Source: an uncultured Gemmatimonadaceae bacterium (GTDB taxonomy: Bacteria; Gemmatimonadota; Gemmatimonadetes; Gemmatimonadales; Gemmatimonadaceae). From it: a stretch of 64,000 nt of DNA. Under the pieces are notes generated by a model, which worked only from the letters and a program-made list of their open reading frames with translations, was not told the origin of the DNA and ran no database searches. A program made the position numbers and the translations under genes. Shown piece after piece: positions 53,814-64,000 of the stretch (positions within the stretch are counted from its first letter, which is position 1; each line of letters starts with the position of its first letter). The stretch is from contig OY970320.1 of NCBI GenBank assembly GCA_963716745.1, positions 992,001-1,056,000 of the forward strand, read 5' to 3'.

Positions 53814-56520
53814 CACTCCGCGCGCAGTGCCTCCGTCGGCTCAATGCGCGCCGCGCGCCTCGCCGGCACCCAACTCGCGATGAGCACCGCCCCCACCAGC
53901 ACCGCCACAATGCCGATGAACGTCACAGGATCCGATGGCTCCACGCCGTACAGGAGAGACCCGAGCACGCGCGTGGAGATCAACGCACCCGCGAGTCCGA
54001 TCGCCGCGCCTGCCGCGGCCACGCCTATTCCCTGGCGCACGATGAGCCGCACCACATCCCCGCGCCGCGCGCCGAGCGCAATGCGCACGCCGATCTCGCG
54101 CGTACGCTGGCTCACGGCGAACGAGATCACGCCGTACGTGCCCATCGTCGCGAGCGCGAGCGCCATCACGGCGAAGAGCGCGAGCAGCAGCGCGCGGAAT
54201 CGCATGGCCGCGGTCGCGTCCGCCACGCGCGAGCCCATCGTGCGAAGATCGTATAGGGGCGCGTCCGGATTCATCTGGTGGGTCACCTGCCGCGCCGCCG
54301 CGGCGAGCGCGAGCGGATCGCCGGTGGTGCGCACGAACACCATCATGCGGCCGCGCGTCGACTGGTAGTACGAGAGATAGACCGCGGCCTCCGGCATCGA
54401 GTCGAGCGTCACATAGCGCACGTCGCCGATCACGCCCACGACGCGGGCCGTGTCATTCCAGAATCCGCCCTGCCCCACGCTGATCGGTTTCCCGATCGGG
54501 TCCTCGCCCGGCCAGAGCCGGCGCGCGGCCGTCTCGTTCACGAGGACGACCTTGGGCGCGCCGGCGCGATCCTGCTCCGAGAAGAGCCGTCCTTTCACGA
54601 GGGGCACGCGCGTCGCGACGCGTCCATTGCGGCGTGATCCAGTGGACGCCCACCAGCGGCTCGCTGCCCTGCGCGACGGGCGGCCGGTCGCGAAGACCCG
54701 CAATGGTGATGTTGCACCCGCCATTCAGCGGCGGACAATCGGTCAGGCCTACGGCCGTGACGCCGGGCAACGCCGAGAGCCGCTGGATCATGCCGTCATA
54801 GAAATTCGGGAGCGAGTCTTTGGCGGCGGCCGCCGGCGCGTTGAAGCGCATCGTGAGCAGCTGCGATCCGTCGAAGCCGGCGTTCACACTGAGCAGCCGC
54901 TCGAGGCTGCGCACCATGAGTCCCGAACCCGCCAGCAGCACGAGGGAGATGGCGATCTCCGCCACCGCGAGCGTGTTGCGGCTCGTGAGCCAGCGGCGTT
55001 CGGCGCGCGGCGCGTCGCCCTTGAGCGCGCCGCTGAGCGCGGGCCGCGTCGACTGGAGCGCAGGCACGAGTCCGAACATCAGGCCCGTGACGATCGCGAG
55101 CAGCGCGGCGAATGTGAGGGCCGTGCCGTCCAGGCTGATCGTGCTGAAATTCACCGCGCCGATCCCGGCTTGGTCATTGAGCTGGAGCGCGGTGGTGGGA
55201 TTGAGCGTGGTGAGGAGCTTGACGCCGCCCCACGCGACCGCGATGCCGGCAGCGCCGCCGGCGCACGAGAGCAGCAGGCTCTCGGTGAGCAATTGACGGA
55301 CCAGCCGCGAGCGGCCGGCGCCAATGGCAAGCCGTACGGCGATCTCGCGCCGGCGTCCCGACGCACGAATGAGGAAAAGGTTCGCGACGTTCGCACATGC
55401 CGCGAGCAGCACGAGTCCCACCGCGGCGAGGAGCACCAGCAGCGACCGCCGTACGACGGGATCGGCGCGCGTCGCGTCGAGTTCGCGCGCCACCGCGCTC
55501 CAATGGATCGTTTTCACTTCGGGATGCGGATACTGCGCATCGATCACCGCTCCGTAGCCCTTCACCGCCTCCTTCGCTTGCGCGGGCGTGACGCCGGGCT
55601 TGAGCCGCGCGGTGGCGCTGAAGCTATGGCTCCAAGCCTGGTTGAGCATGTCGGCCGGGAGCGACATGACCGGCAAGAGCAGATCCGCGCGGCCGGACAG
55701 GCCGCGGAAGCCGGGCGGCAAGACGCCCACCACGGTGTATGGCGCGCCATCGATCACGATGTTCCGTCCGAGCACCGCGGGATCGGCGTTGAACTCCCGC
55801 TTCCATAGCGCGTCGGCGAGGATCGACGACGTGCGCGGTACCCGGCGTGACGTCCTCGTCTGGCAGGAAATTCCGTCCGAGCGCGGGCTGGATACCGAGC
55901 AATGGGAGATAGCGCGCGCCGACCATCTCGTCGACGAACCGCTCCGGCTCCTCGCCGCCGGTCATTGTCCCCTGGTACTCCATGGAGAGCGCGACATCGC
56001 TGAACACCGTCTGCGCCTCACGCAGCGTCGCGAATTTCGGGTACGACCAGGGCAGTGCATCGCGCGCCGGCTCGCTCCCCATTGCGGGCCGCGCGAGGTT
56101 GAGCGCCATGAGGCGCGCCGGTTCACGGAAGGGGAGCGGGCGCAGCAGCATGGCGTTCACGGCGCTGAAGATCGCCGTGTTCGCGCCGATGCCGATCGCG
56201 AGCGTGAGGACGGCGACCACAGTGAAGCCTGGCGTGCGACGGAACGCGCGGAACGCGAAGCGCAGATCCTGAGTGGTGGTGTCGAGCCATGAGAGTCCCG
56301 CGGTCATGCGCGCCTCCTCCTTCACATTGGTGATATTCCCGAACCGGCGGCGCGCGGCGTAGGCCGCCTCATCGCCGCTCATCGTGCCCCGCCCCGCGGC
56401 CTCACGCTGCATCGCCTCGAGCGCGAGATGCATGCGGATCTCATCCTCCATCTCGCGCGCGTGGCCCTCCGGATCGCGCAGCACGCGCCAGCGGTAGCGG
56501 AGCGAATCGAAGAGGGACAT
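53813..56520 (-). CDS. ADOP/MacB-like duplicated ABC permease; frameshifts near 55820 and 54620
   Basis: [50 protein letters not shown]. Confidence 0.9.
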
Positions 56521-56529
56521 GACCCGTGC

Positions 56530-56871
56530 CTATGCGCGCCGCATCACGCGGCCGATCGCCGCGAGCACACGGTCGAAGCTGACGATCTCTTGCCCCAGTT
56601 GCCGCCGGCCGGCCGCGGTGATGGTGTAGTACCGCGCGCGCCGTCCGGTGGGTGACTGGCCCCACTTGGACGTGACCCAGCCCCGCTTCTGCAGCCGCTC
56701 GAGCGCGGGATACAGCGAACCCTGCTCCACCGACAACACATCGCGCGAGCGCGCTTCGATCTGCTGCGCGATCGCGTAGCCATGCATGGACTGCATGCTG
56801 AGGGTCTTGAGGATCAACATGTCGAGGGTGCCCTTGAGCAGTTCGGCTCTCTCGGTGGCGGATCGGGCCAT
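56530..56871 (-). CDS. PadR family transcriptional regulator
   Basis: GTLDMLIL..L...MHGY.I, GSLYPALERL, RRARYY.IT..GR. Confidence 0.95.
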   Translation of the reverse strand: MARSATERAELLKGTLDMLILKTLSMQSMHGYAIAQQIEARSRDVLSVEQGSLYPALERLQKRGWVTSKWGQSPTGRRARYYTITAAGRRQLGQEIVSFDRVLAAIGRVMRRA

Positions 56872-56897
56872 CAGTGGACCTCGGATAGGAAGAATGA

Positions 56898-56915
56898 CTA
56901 CCTATTGATAGGTAG
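56898..56915. promoter_or_regulatory. Palindromic operator candidate upstream of the PadR gene
   Basis: CTACCTAT-tg-ATAGGTAG, perfect 8-bp inverted repeat. Confidence 0.6.
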
Positions 56916-56958
56916 ACACTCGTACTATCACAAGGGTTGCCATGGTTGAACCGCAGAA

Positions 56959-57060
56959 TGCGGGACTGGTACCGCTGACGGCGGGATTGGCGTTGGGTAC
57001 CGCCGTTCCCAACGCCAATCCCGCCTCCAGCGGTACCAGTCCCGCCCCCAGCGGTACCAC
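56959..57060. repeat. Family C palindrome, copy 5
   Basis: gcgggactggtaccgctgacggcgggattggcgttggg / cccaacgccaatcccgcc..cagcggtaccagtcccgc. Confidence 0.85.
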
Positions 57061-57123
57061 GCACGCCGTTCCGATCCCACGCTATAATTCGGCATCACGT
57101 TGAGCCCCCGCACGGAGCCCCGC

Positions 57124-58895
57124 ATGCCAGCGCATTTGGCCGATCCCGATCACAATCCCAGTTTCACCAAATCCGTCTTCCTCGGTGAGATCCGCGAGGA
57201 TCTCGTCTTCCCCTTCCCGGTGCTGAGCCCGGAAGAATCCGAGAACCTCAACGCGATCTTGGATTCCTTCCGCGCCTGGGCGGCCGAGAACGTCGATTCG
57301 CACCAGCAGGATCACGACGGGAAGTTCCCCGACGCGGTGCGTACCGGCATGGCGCAACTCGGGCTCATGGGCGTGAACATGCCCGAGGAGTACGGCGGGT
57401 TCGGCGCGAGCGCCATGACGTTCAATCGCGTGTTCGCCGAGGTCGGCGCTACGGATGCGGCGCTCGCCGTCTACTTCGGCGCGCATCAGTCGATCGGCGC
57501 CAAGGGCATCACGCTGTTCGGTACCGACGAGCAGAAGAAACGCTGGCTCCCGCGCTGCGCCTCGGGCGAGCTCATCGCGGCCTTCTGTCTCACCGAGGCC
57601 AGGCTCCGGCTCCGACGCGCAGGCGATGCACACGACCGCCGTGCCGAGCGCCGACGGCACGCACTACATGCTGAACGGCCAGAAGATCTGGATCTCGAAC
57701 GCGGGCTATGCCGGCGTGCTCACGGTGTTCGCGAAGGTGCCGGTCGAGATCGATGGCAAGAAGAAGCTGCGCGTCACGGCGTTCATCGTGGACGCGCACG
57801 CACCCGGCGTCTCGCTCGGCAAGATCGAAGAGAAGATGGGGATCAAGGCGAGCGACACGCGCACGGTCTCGTTCGAGGATGTGCGAGTGCCCGCCGAGGA
57901 CATGCTCGGCGATGTCGGCCACGGATTCAAGATCGCGCTCGAGATCCTGAACTCGGGGCGACTCGGCTTGCGCGCCGCGAGCCGCGCAGCGGCGCGCAGC
58001 GCATGCGCGGCCACGGCGCTCGCGTACGCCAAGGAGCGGCGAGCAGTTCGGCCGTGCCGATCGGGTCGTTCGAGATGATCCAGCGCAAGTTCGCCATGCT
58101 CGCCGCCGACTGCTACGCGGCCGACGCGGCGTGGATGCTCACCGCGAGCATGGTGGACCGCGGCGGCATCGATTTTTCGCTCGAGACGGCGGCCGTGCAA
58201 GATGTTCGCGCTCCGAACTCGCCTTCCGCGCCGCCGACCGATTGCATGCAGATCGCCGGCGGCATCGGCTACTCCAAGGAGTACCCGTACGAGCAGGCCG
58301 GTGCGCGACGCGCGCATCAACATGATCTTCGAGGGGACGAACGAGATCCTGCGTGCGCTCATCGCGCTCACCGGCGCTGCAGCAGCCCGGCGAGCATCTC
58401 AAGGCGATCGGCAAAGCGCTTCAGCGACCCGCTCCATTCCATTGGCGCGATCAGGACATACATCGCGGGCCGCGTGAAGCGCCAGGTGGTGAAGTCAGTG
58501 TTCACGCAGGTGCACCCCGCCCTCGAGAAAGAGGCCGATCTCGTCGCGACGGTGATCCACGATCTCGCGCTCGGCGTGGAGAAGCTGCTCATCGAGCACG
58601 GCAAGGAGATCATCGAGCACCAGTTCCACCAGGAACGCATGGCGAACGCGGCGATCGATATCTATCTCTCGACCGCCGCGCTCTCGCGCGCGACGGCGGC
58701 GCTCGAGGCGGCCGGCAGCGTGGAGGGCGCGCAGGCCGACGTGGACAACGCGCGCATCTTCATCCCGCCGCGATGCGGCGCGCCCGCCGCTCGGTGCGCG
58801 CGTTCGAGCGCAACCAGGATGCGCGTCTCAAGACACTCGCCGAGCGCGCGCTGGAGACAGGATCGCTCACCGTGAAGACACCGACCGATCGGTAG
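57124..58895 (+). CDS. Acyl-CoA dehydrogenase (ACAD9/VLCAD-like); many frameshifts
   Basis: AHQSIG, AFCLTE-GSGSDA, LNGQKIWISN, EKMGIKASDT, IFEGTNEILR across frames. Confidence 0.88.
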
Positions 58896-58902
58896 TAATA
58901 AG

Positions 58903-58962
58903 CATCTCAATCATGTAAATCCTGTCAAATGCTTTCGACAGGATTAACATGATTCAGATGAT
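58903..58962. repeat. Family D palindrome
   Basis: aatcatgtaaatcctgtc aaatgctttc gacaggattaacatgatt. Confidence 0.8.
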
Positions 58963-59006
58963 TTCAACAACGAACGACTGAACATCCCTAAACCCGGAGA
59001 ATTCCA

Positions 59007-59429
59007 ATGGATCGCACGTCCAACGCCCGCTGGGAGGGTGACCTCAAGGCGGGCAACGGCAAGGTGAAGCTCGGCAGCGGCACCTTCGCGGGGAATTACT
59101 CATTCGGCACGCGGTTCGAGAACGCGCCGGGTACGACACCCGAGGAGCTCCTCGGTGCGGCGCACGCCGCGTGTTTCTCGATGGCCCTGGCGGCCGGACT
59201 CGCGAAGGATGGTCACACGGCCAAGAGCATCGACACGACGGCCACGGTGCATCTCGAGAAGACCGACGCCGGATTCTCGATCACGAAGATCGATCTCGTG
59301 ACGGTGGGCGAGGTGCCGGGGCTGGCGGCCGCCGATTTCGGCAAGGCCGCGGAAGACACGAAGAAGAATTGCATCGTGTCGCGGGCGTTGGCGTCGGTGC
59401 CGATGACGGTAAAAGCGACACTGAAATAA
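59007..59429 (+). CDS. osmC: OsmC family peroxiredoxin
   Basis: WEGDLKAGNG, RFE..PGTTPEELLGAAHAACFSMAL, KKNCIVSRAL. Confidence 0.93.
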   Translation: MDRTSNARWEGDLKAGNGKVKLGSGTFAGNYSFGTRFENAPGTTPEELLGAAHAACFSMALAAGLAKDGHTAKSIDTTATVHLEKTDAGFSITKIDLVTVGEVPGLAAADFGKAAEDTKKNCIVSRALASVPMTVKATLK

Positions 59430-59586
59430 CTGCGGGACTGGTACCGACTAACGGCGGGGTTGGCACCGTTGACGACGTGTGAGCAGTTGACGTCGCGAAC
59501 TGCGCGACTCCAACGACTGCGCAGTCCCGGTGCCAACGTACCGCGACCGTTCGCGGTACTAGCCCCGCCGTTTGCGGTGCTACGCA
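59428..59586. repeat. Family C palindrome, copy 6
   Basis: aactgcgggactggtaccg..aacggcggggttgg / ctagccccgccgtttgcggt. Confidence 0.75.
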
Positions 59587-59629
59587 CGCCTGCCTTGCGA
59601 TGCTCCCTCCGCGACGGCAGAATCGTGTC

Positions 59630-61681
59630 ATGAAATTCTCTCTCTCCGCCGCCACGCTCTGCGCCGTCGTTCTGCCCCTCGCTGCGCAGCATGACTACCC
59701 CGCTCCACTCATCAGCGAATCCACCGTCGCCGCACTCAACAACGAGTTGAGCGGCGCCGCGGCGAAACGCACAGTGGAATTCATCGCGCAGCTCAACCGC
59801 CCGCGCGGATCGAAGACGTTCAACATTGCGTCCGATCACATCGCCGCTGAACTCACGCGCTATGGTCTCGATGGCGTCACGGTGATCGAGATCCCAACGG
59901 ACGGCCGCACAATGTATGGCACGGAGAAATCGCGCCCGGCGTGGGACCCGCAATTCGCGGAACTGTGGGAAGTGCGCCGCGATGGCGCGAAGACGGTGGA
60001 CGTCACGCGCATCGCGAGCTTCGAGGATGAACCGGTGGTGCTCGCCGAGGACAGCGACAGCGGCAGCGTCACCGCCGAGATCATCGACGTAGGCGACGGC
60101 ACCTCGGAATCCGATTACGCCGGCAAGGACGTGCGCGGCAAGCTCGTGCTCATCGCCGCGCAGCCAGGCGCGGCCGCGCCGCTCGCGGTGGACAAGTTCG
60201 GCGCCGCCGGCATGGTGAGTTATGCGCAGAACCAGCCCACCGCGTGGAGCGGCGAGGACGAGAACCTGATCCGCTGGGGCCACCTCGATTCGTACTCGCC
60301 GCGCAAGACATTCTCCTTCATGCTGTCGCTCAAGCAAGCACGCGCGATGAGAGCGCGGCTCGCCGCGGGCGAGCATGTCACGCTGCGCGCCACGGTCATC
60401 GCCGCTCGGCATCCCGGCTCGTACCGCGTGGTCACCGCCGTGATCAAAGGCGCCGATCCCGCGCTGAGCGCCGAAGAGATCGTCTTCAGCTGCCACCTGG
60501 ACCACCAGCGTCCCGGCGCGAACGACAACGCGAGCGGCTGCGCGACGATCCTCGAGGTCGCCCGCACGCTCGACAAGCTCGTGCGCGAAGGCCGCATTTC
60601 GCGCCCCGCGCGCACGATCCGCTTCATTTGGCCCGCCGAGATCGAAGCGACGATGGCGCTCTTTCATTACCGCGCCGACATGCGCGCGCACTTCAAGGCC
60701 GCGGTGCAGATGGACATGGTGGGAGGCAACGCGAACACGAAGGCGATCTTCCACGTGACACGCGGGCCGCCGAGTTTGCCGAGCTTCGCGTACGATGTAG
60801 GCGAAGCGTTCGGCGCGTACGTGAACAACGAATCGGACGGCTACGCGTCGGGCACTGGCGGACAGTATCCGTTCGTGTCGGTGGAGGGCGGAAAGGAGGC
60901 GCTGCTCGCGAACCTGGCCGAGTTCACGATGGGCAGCGACAACATCATCTACGCGGAGGGCTCGTTCCGCATCCCGGTGATCTACTTGAACGATTGGCCC
61001 GACCGGTACATCCACACGAATTTCGATACACCGGCGAACATCGACGCGACGAAGCTCCAGCGCGCGGCGTTCATTGGCGCGGCGAGCGGGCTGTATCTCG
61101 CGAACGTGCGCTCCGCCGGGGTCGCGGCGCTCTGGCATGCGATGAAAGGACAGGCATTGCGTCGCGCGGCGGTGGTCATGGATCGGCGCAACACGCTCCC
61201 GGCGGCGGAAGCGAGCGTGCTCACGCGTGCGCAGATCGCGATCGAGCGCGCCGCGTTCGCTTCGATCGGCTCCTTCGCGCCGATCCCCGACAGCGTGAAG
61301 ACGGATGCCGAACTCTTCTTCTCGCGCCTCGAGACGATGCTCGGCCCGGTCAATGCGGTGCCGGCCGCCACCGGCGACGGCGCGCTCGTATATGCGCGAA
61401 CGCCGCAGGCCACCGGACCAATGACGCTGTTCGTTGGCTATGATTATTTCGCCGACCACTACAAGGGGCCGCAACCTCGACTCATAGACTATCAGGGCCT
61501 GCGCGGCGCGGGCGGCGAATACATCTACGAGACGCTGAACCTCGTCAATGGCAAGCGAAACGCGCGCGACATTCGCGATCTCGTGAGCGCCGAGTATGGG
61601 CCCGTGCCGCTGGATCTCGTCGTCGAATATCTCAAGGCGCTGCAGACCGCGGGCGTGCTCAAGCTCGCCGCCAAGGAGTAG
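59630..61681 (+). CDS. M28 family peptidase with PA domain (DUF4910-like)
   Basis: Signal peptide; SCHLDH, GANDNASG, PAEIE, DMVG, YIHT..DTP. Confidence 0.88.
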   Translation: MKFSLSAATLCAVVLPLAAQHDYPAPLISESTVAALNNELSGAAAKRTVEFIAQLNRPRGSKTFNIASDHIAAELTRYGLDGVTVIEIPTDGRTMYGTEKSRPAWDPQFAELWEVRRDGAKTVDVTRIASFEDEPVVLAEDSDSGSVTAEIIDVGDGTSESDYAGKDVRGKLVLIAAQPGAAAPLAVDKFGAAGMVSYAQNQPTAWSGEDENLIRWGHLDSYSPRKTFSFMLSLKQARAMRARLAAGEHVTLRATVIAARHPGSYRVVTAVIKGADPALSAEEIVFSCHLDHQRPGANDNASGCATILEVARTLDKLVREGRISRPARTIRFIWPAEIEATMALFHYRADMRAHFKAAVQMDMVGGNANTKAIFHVTRGPPSLPSFAYDVGEAFGAYVNNESDGYASGTGGQYPFVSVEGGKEALLANLAEFTMGSDNIIYAEGSFRIPVIYLNDWPDRYIHTNFDTPANIDATKLQRAAFIGAASGLYLANVRSAGVAALWHAMKGQALRRAAVVMDRRNTLPAAEASVLTRAQIAIERAAFASIGSFAPIPDSVKTDAELFFSRLETMLGPVNAVPAATGDGALVYARTPQATGPMTLFVGYDYFADHYKGPQPRLIDYQGLRGAGGEYIYETLNLVNGKRNARDIRDLVSAEYGPVPLDLVVEYLKALQTAGVLKLAAKE

Positions 61682-61687
61682 CGCACA

Positions 61688-62683
61688 ATGTGGTGGATCA
61701 GCTATCGCGGCGAAGCGAGCCACGGGATCAACAACATCGGCGTGTTCGAGGATGATGGCGCGCCACGCCGCGTCCATCCGCTGCTCCTCGATCCGTCGCC
61801 GACGGCGCATCCGCTGCATATCGCGCGCGGCTTCGCGCTCGTGGGCGACGACCTGTACATCGCGAACGCGTGGCGCAAGGACAGCCACGTGGCGCGCTAC
61901 CAGCGGCGCGGCGACACGTTCCACTTTGCCGACGTCGTGGTCGCGAGTTCGCACATCTCGGCAATGGTCCATCCGTTCGACGTCGAGTTAGGCGACGATG
62001 GCCGGCTGTACGTCTCGTGCCAGGATACGAATACCGTGGTCGCGATCCTGCCCGAGACGCGCACGCCCGCACCGATCGCGCTGCACCTGCGCAAGCAATT
62101 CCCGCAGGGGAATTTCCTGCCGGGTACGCAGGTCGCGTCGGCGCAGGGGAATCTGCCGGAAGTGGGTGAGAGCGTGCCGTCGGATGTGCCGGCGCCGCAG
62201 GGGCTCGCCGTGGTGCTCGACAAGCGCGGCAAGCCGCGCCATTCGGTGCGCGGGATCATCGTGCACCGCAAGCACCTGTACGTCGCCGACGAGGCGGGCG
62301 ACATGGTGAAGATCTTCGAGCTGCGCTCCGGCCGCCTCGTGGGGCGCATCAAGGGGAAACGCGTGAGCAAACCCGTGCATCTCATCCTGCACGGCGAGAC
62401 GCTCTACATCGGCGCGTCGGGCTCGGGCAGCATCCTCGCGTTCGACATTCCGAAGAAGGCGCCGAAGGGGAAGTACAAGCCGCGCACCGTCATCGATCGC
62501 AAACTCGACGCCCCCTCCGGTTTCGCGATCGGCCCCGATGGGGATATTTACGTGGCCGAACGGAAGAAACAGCGCGTTCGGAGATTCACGGCGGAGGGGA
62601 AGAAGAAAGGGACGTTCATTCGGGACCTACCCGATTGGCCGGAGTTCCTGCTGCATGTGCCGGACTCACTACGAACGACGTGA
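61688..62683 (+). CDS. NHL-like beta-propeller protein
   Basis: Repeated P.G.A...LY(V/I)A blades. Confidence 0.7.
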   Translation: MWWISYRGEASHGINNIGVFEDDGAPRRVHPLLLDPSPTAHPLHIARGFALVGDDLYIANAWRKDSHVARYQRRGDTFHFADVVVASSHISAMVHPFDVELGDDGRLYVSCQDTNTVVAILPETRTPAPIALHLRKQFPQGNFLPGTQVASAQGNLPEVGESVPSDVPAPQGLAVVLDKRGKPRHSVRGIIVHRKHLYVADEAGDMVKIFELRSGRLVGRIKGKRVSKPVHLILHGETLYIGASGSGSILAFDIPKKAPKGKYKPRTVIDRKLDAPSGFAIGPDGDIYVAERKKQRVRRFTAEGKKKGTFIRDLPDWPEFLLHVPDSLRTT

Positions 62684-62940
62684 GTACCGAGTCGTGCGTG
62701 TTCGACCACGCATGGCGGGAGTACCGAGTCGTGCGTGTTCGACCACGCATAGCGTGAGTACCGAGTCGTGCGTAGTCGACCACCAACTTCATACGTACCG
62801 AGTCATTCGTAATCGACTCACGCTGTTTAGTGGGCCCGGACGCACGACTCGGTACTCACGCTCATGCGTGGTCGAACACGCACGACTCGGTACTCCCGCC
62901 ATGCGTGGTCGAACACGCACGACTCGGTACTCACGCCGTC
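62674..62940. repeat. Inverted arrays of 37-bp units with no enclosed gene
   Basis: gtgagtaccgagtcgtgcgtgttcgaccacgcatggc at 62680, 62717, 62754 and degenerate 62791; inverted units 62840-62940. Confidence 0.92.
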
Positions 62941-63012
62941 CATGCGTTGAAACCCAACCCCGCAAGCGGTGTAAAACAGTGAGTAGCATCCCCCCATCCA
63001 TGGAGGGCCTCA

Positions 63013-63336
63013 ATGCGCTCACGAACTCTTCGCGTGGCGACCGCTGCGCTCTTGATAGCAAGCTCCTCGTTCGGAATTTCCGCGTGTTACAGCGCCGAGG
63101 CGGGCGGAATGTATGTGGCGTTCGCCCCGCCCGTGCCGCCGGTGGAAGAGGTGATCGTCCAGCCCCAGCCGAATTTCGTGTGGGTGCCCGGCTACTACTC
63201 ATACGCCAATACGCACTACGTATGGGTGGGCGGCCGCTGGGCGGCTCCGCCGGACGGCTACCATCGCTGGGTCGAAGGCCATTGGCGCGAGACCAAGAAA
63301 GGCTGGCACTTCGAAGAAGGGCGCTGGGAGAAATAG
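63013..63336 (+). CDS. YXWGXW repeat lipoprotein
   Basis: GGAGG RBS; ISAC; FVWVPGYY, YVWVGGRW, RWVEGHW. Confidence 0.85.
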   Translation: MRSRTLRVATAALLIASSSFGISACYSAEAGGMYVAFAPPVPPVEEVIVQPQPNFVWVPGYYSYANTHYVWVGGRWAAPPDGYHRWVEGHWRETKKGWHFEEGRWEK

Positions 63337-63398
63337 TGCATCGCGCATCGTGCATCGTGCATCGGCGTCTCAATGCGCGATGCACGATGCCCGATGAA
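63337..63398. repeat. Heptamer palindrome (TGCATCG)n/(CGATGCA)n
   Basis: Between convergent stop codons. Confidence 0.75.
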
Positions 63399-63400
63399 CG

Positions 63401-64000
63401 TCAGTCGTCCCTCAGCGCGATCGATGGATCCAGCCCCGCCGCGCGACGCGCCGGCAGCCAGCAGGCCAACGCCGCGATCGCCACGAAGAGCACGGCCACG
63501 GCACTGAACGTCACCGGATCCGTTGGCGCGACGCCCACGAGCAGACTTCGCATCACTCTCGTGAGCGCGAACGACGCGACCAGTCCCACGCCGATCCCGG
63601 CCAGCGCTCAGCTTCATTCCCTGCCCGATCACCATCGAGAAGATCCCCGTCTTCGGCGCGCCGAGCGCCATGCGCACGCCGATCTCCGCCGTGCGCTGCC
63701 GCACCGCGGTGCTGAGCACACCGTAGAGTCCCACGCCGCTCAGGATCACGGCGATCGCCGCGAACGCGCCAATGAGCACGAGCGCGAAGCGCGTCGGCGC
63801 GCGCATGCTCTGTCCACGAAGCTCTCCATCGGCCGCACATCGGCAGATGGTGGCACTCGGCTCCAGCGCGCGCACCGCTTCACGCGCCGCCGACGTGAGC
63901 GCCGCCGGGTCGCCCTTGGTGCGCAGCGACCAACCGCCCAGGTTGCCGAAGAAGAACTGACCGTCGGTGAAGTACATCGTCTCGCGTCCGGGCGCCGCGA
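63401..64000 (-). CDS. ADOP/MacB-like ABC permease, C-terminal part; frameshifted
   Basis: GLYGVL..AVRQRTAEIGVRMALGA, PARRAAGLDP. Confidence 0.88.

Noticed and set aside
57124..58895. Pseudogene or programmed frameshifting in acyl-CoA dehydrogenase
   Set aside because: All motifs retained, no slippery-site pattern, and indels are window-wide, so sequencing error is more likely
47302..59586. T-box leaders (GGTACCGC resembles the T-box consensus)
   Set aside because: The motif occurs on both arms of palindromes, independent of gene orientation, and not before aminoacyl-tRNA synthetase or amino-acid genes
59213..61972. 919-aa minus-strand ORF
   Set aside because: Antisense to OsmC and the M28 peptidase
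62680..62940. CRISPR array (37-bp repeats)
   Set aside because: Units are contiguous with no unique spacers, half are inverted, and no cas genes are present

Overview
GC-rich bacterial chromosomal segment; the PadR/ADOP permease pairs, Ser/Thr kinase-TPR protein and many secreted proteins suggest Gemmatimonadota or a similar lineage (inference). About 20 otherwise intact genes carry small frameshifts, most likely uncorrected long-read indels. No rRNA, tRNA, CRISPR-cas, transposase or integrase was seen. Blocks: (1) 1-17 kb, outer-membrane and secreted proteins (TonB receptor, glycoside hydrolase, S1/P1 nuclease, OmpA, Omp85-like); (2) 17.9-32.9 kb, a general-stress island (BON, CsbD, AI-2E, DUF1328, Fet4-like, ElaB/YqjE-like, ferritin-like, Ku-LigD) built around a PAS histidine kinase and response regulator; (3) a mycobacterial Sdh1-type succinate dehydrogenase operon; (4) an ECF sigma/RskA/DUF4331/TPR/HupE cluster; (5) peptidases, a kinase, ADOP permeases, acyl-CoA dehydrogenase and OsmC. 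Main discovery: six copies of a structured ~100-nt leader, hairpin-CCTTRNCG-[variable hairpin]-AGTCGAAGGCG-terminator. I found it only in the stress island, always in sense orientation upstream of a gene, and its conserved stem overlaps the terminator. It is a candidate riboswitch or protein-dependent attenuator that I do not recognise. Second: a four-helix-bundle gene enclosed by inverted 37-bp repeat arrays, with a gene-less copy 47 kb away, plus several other palindromic intergenic repeat families.
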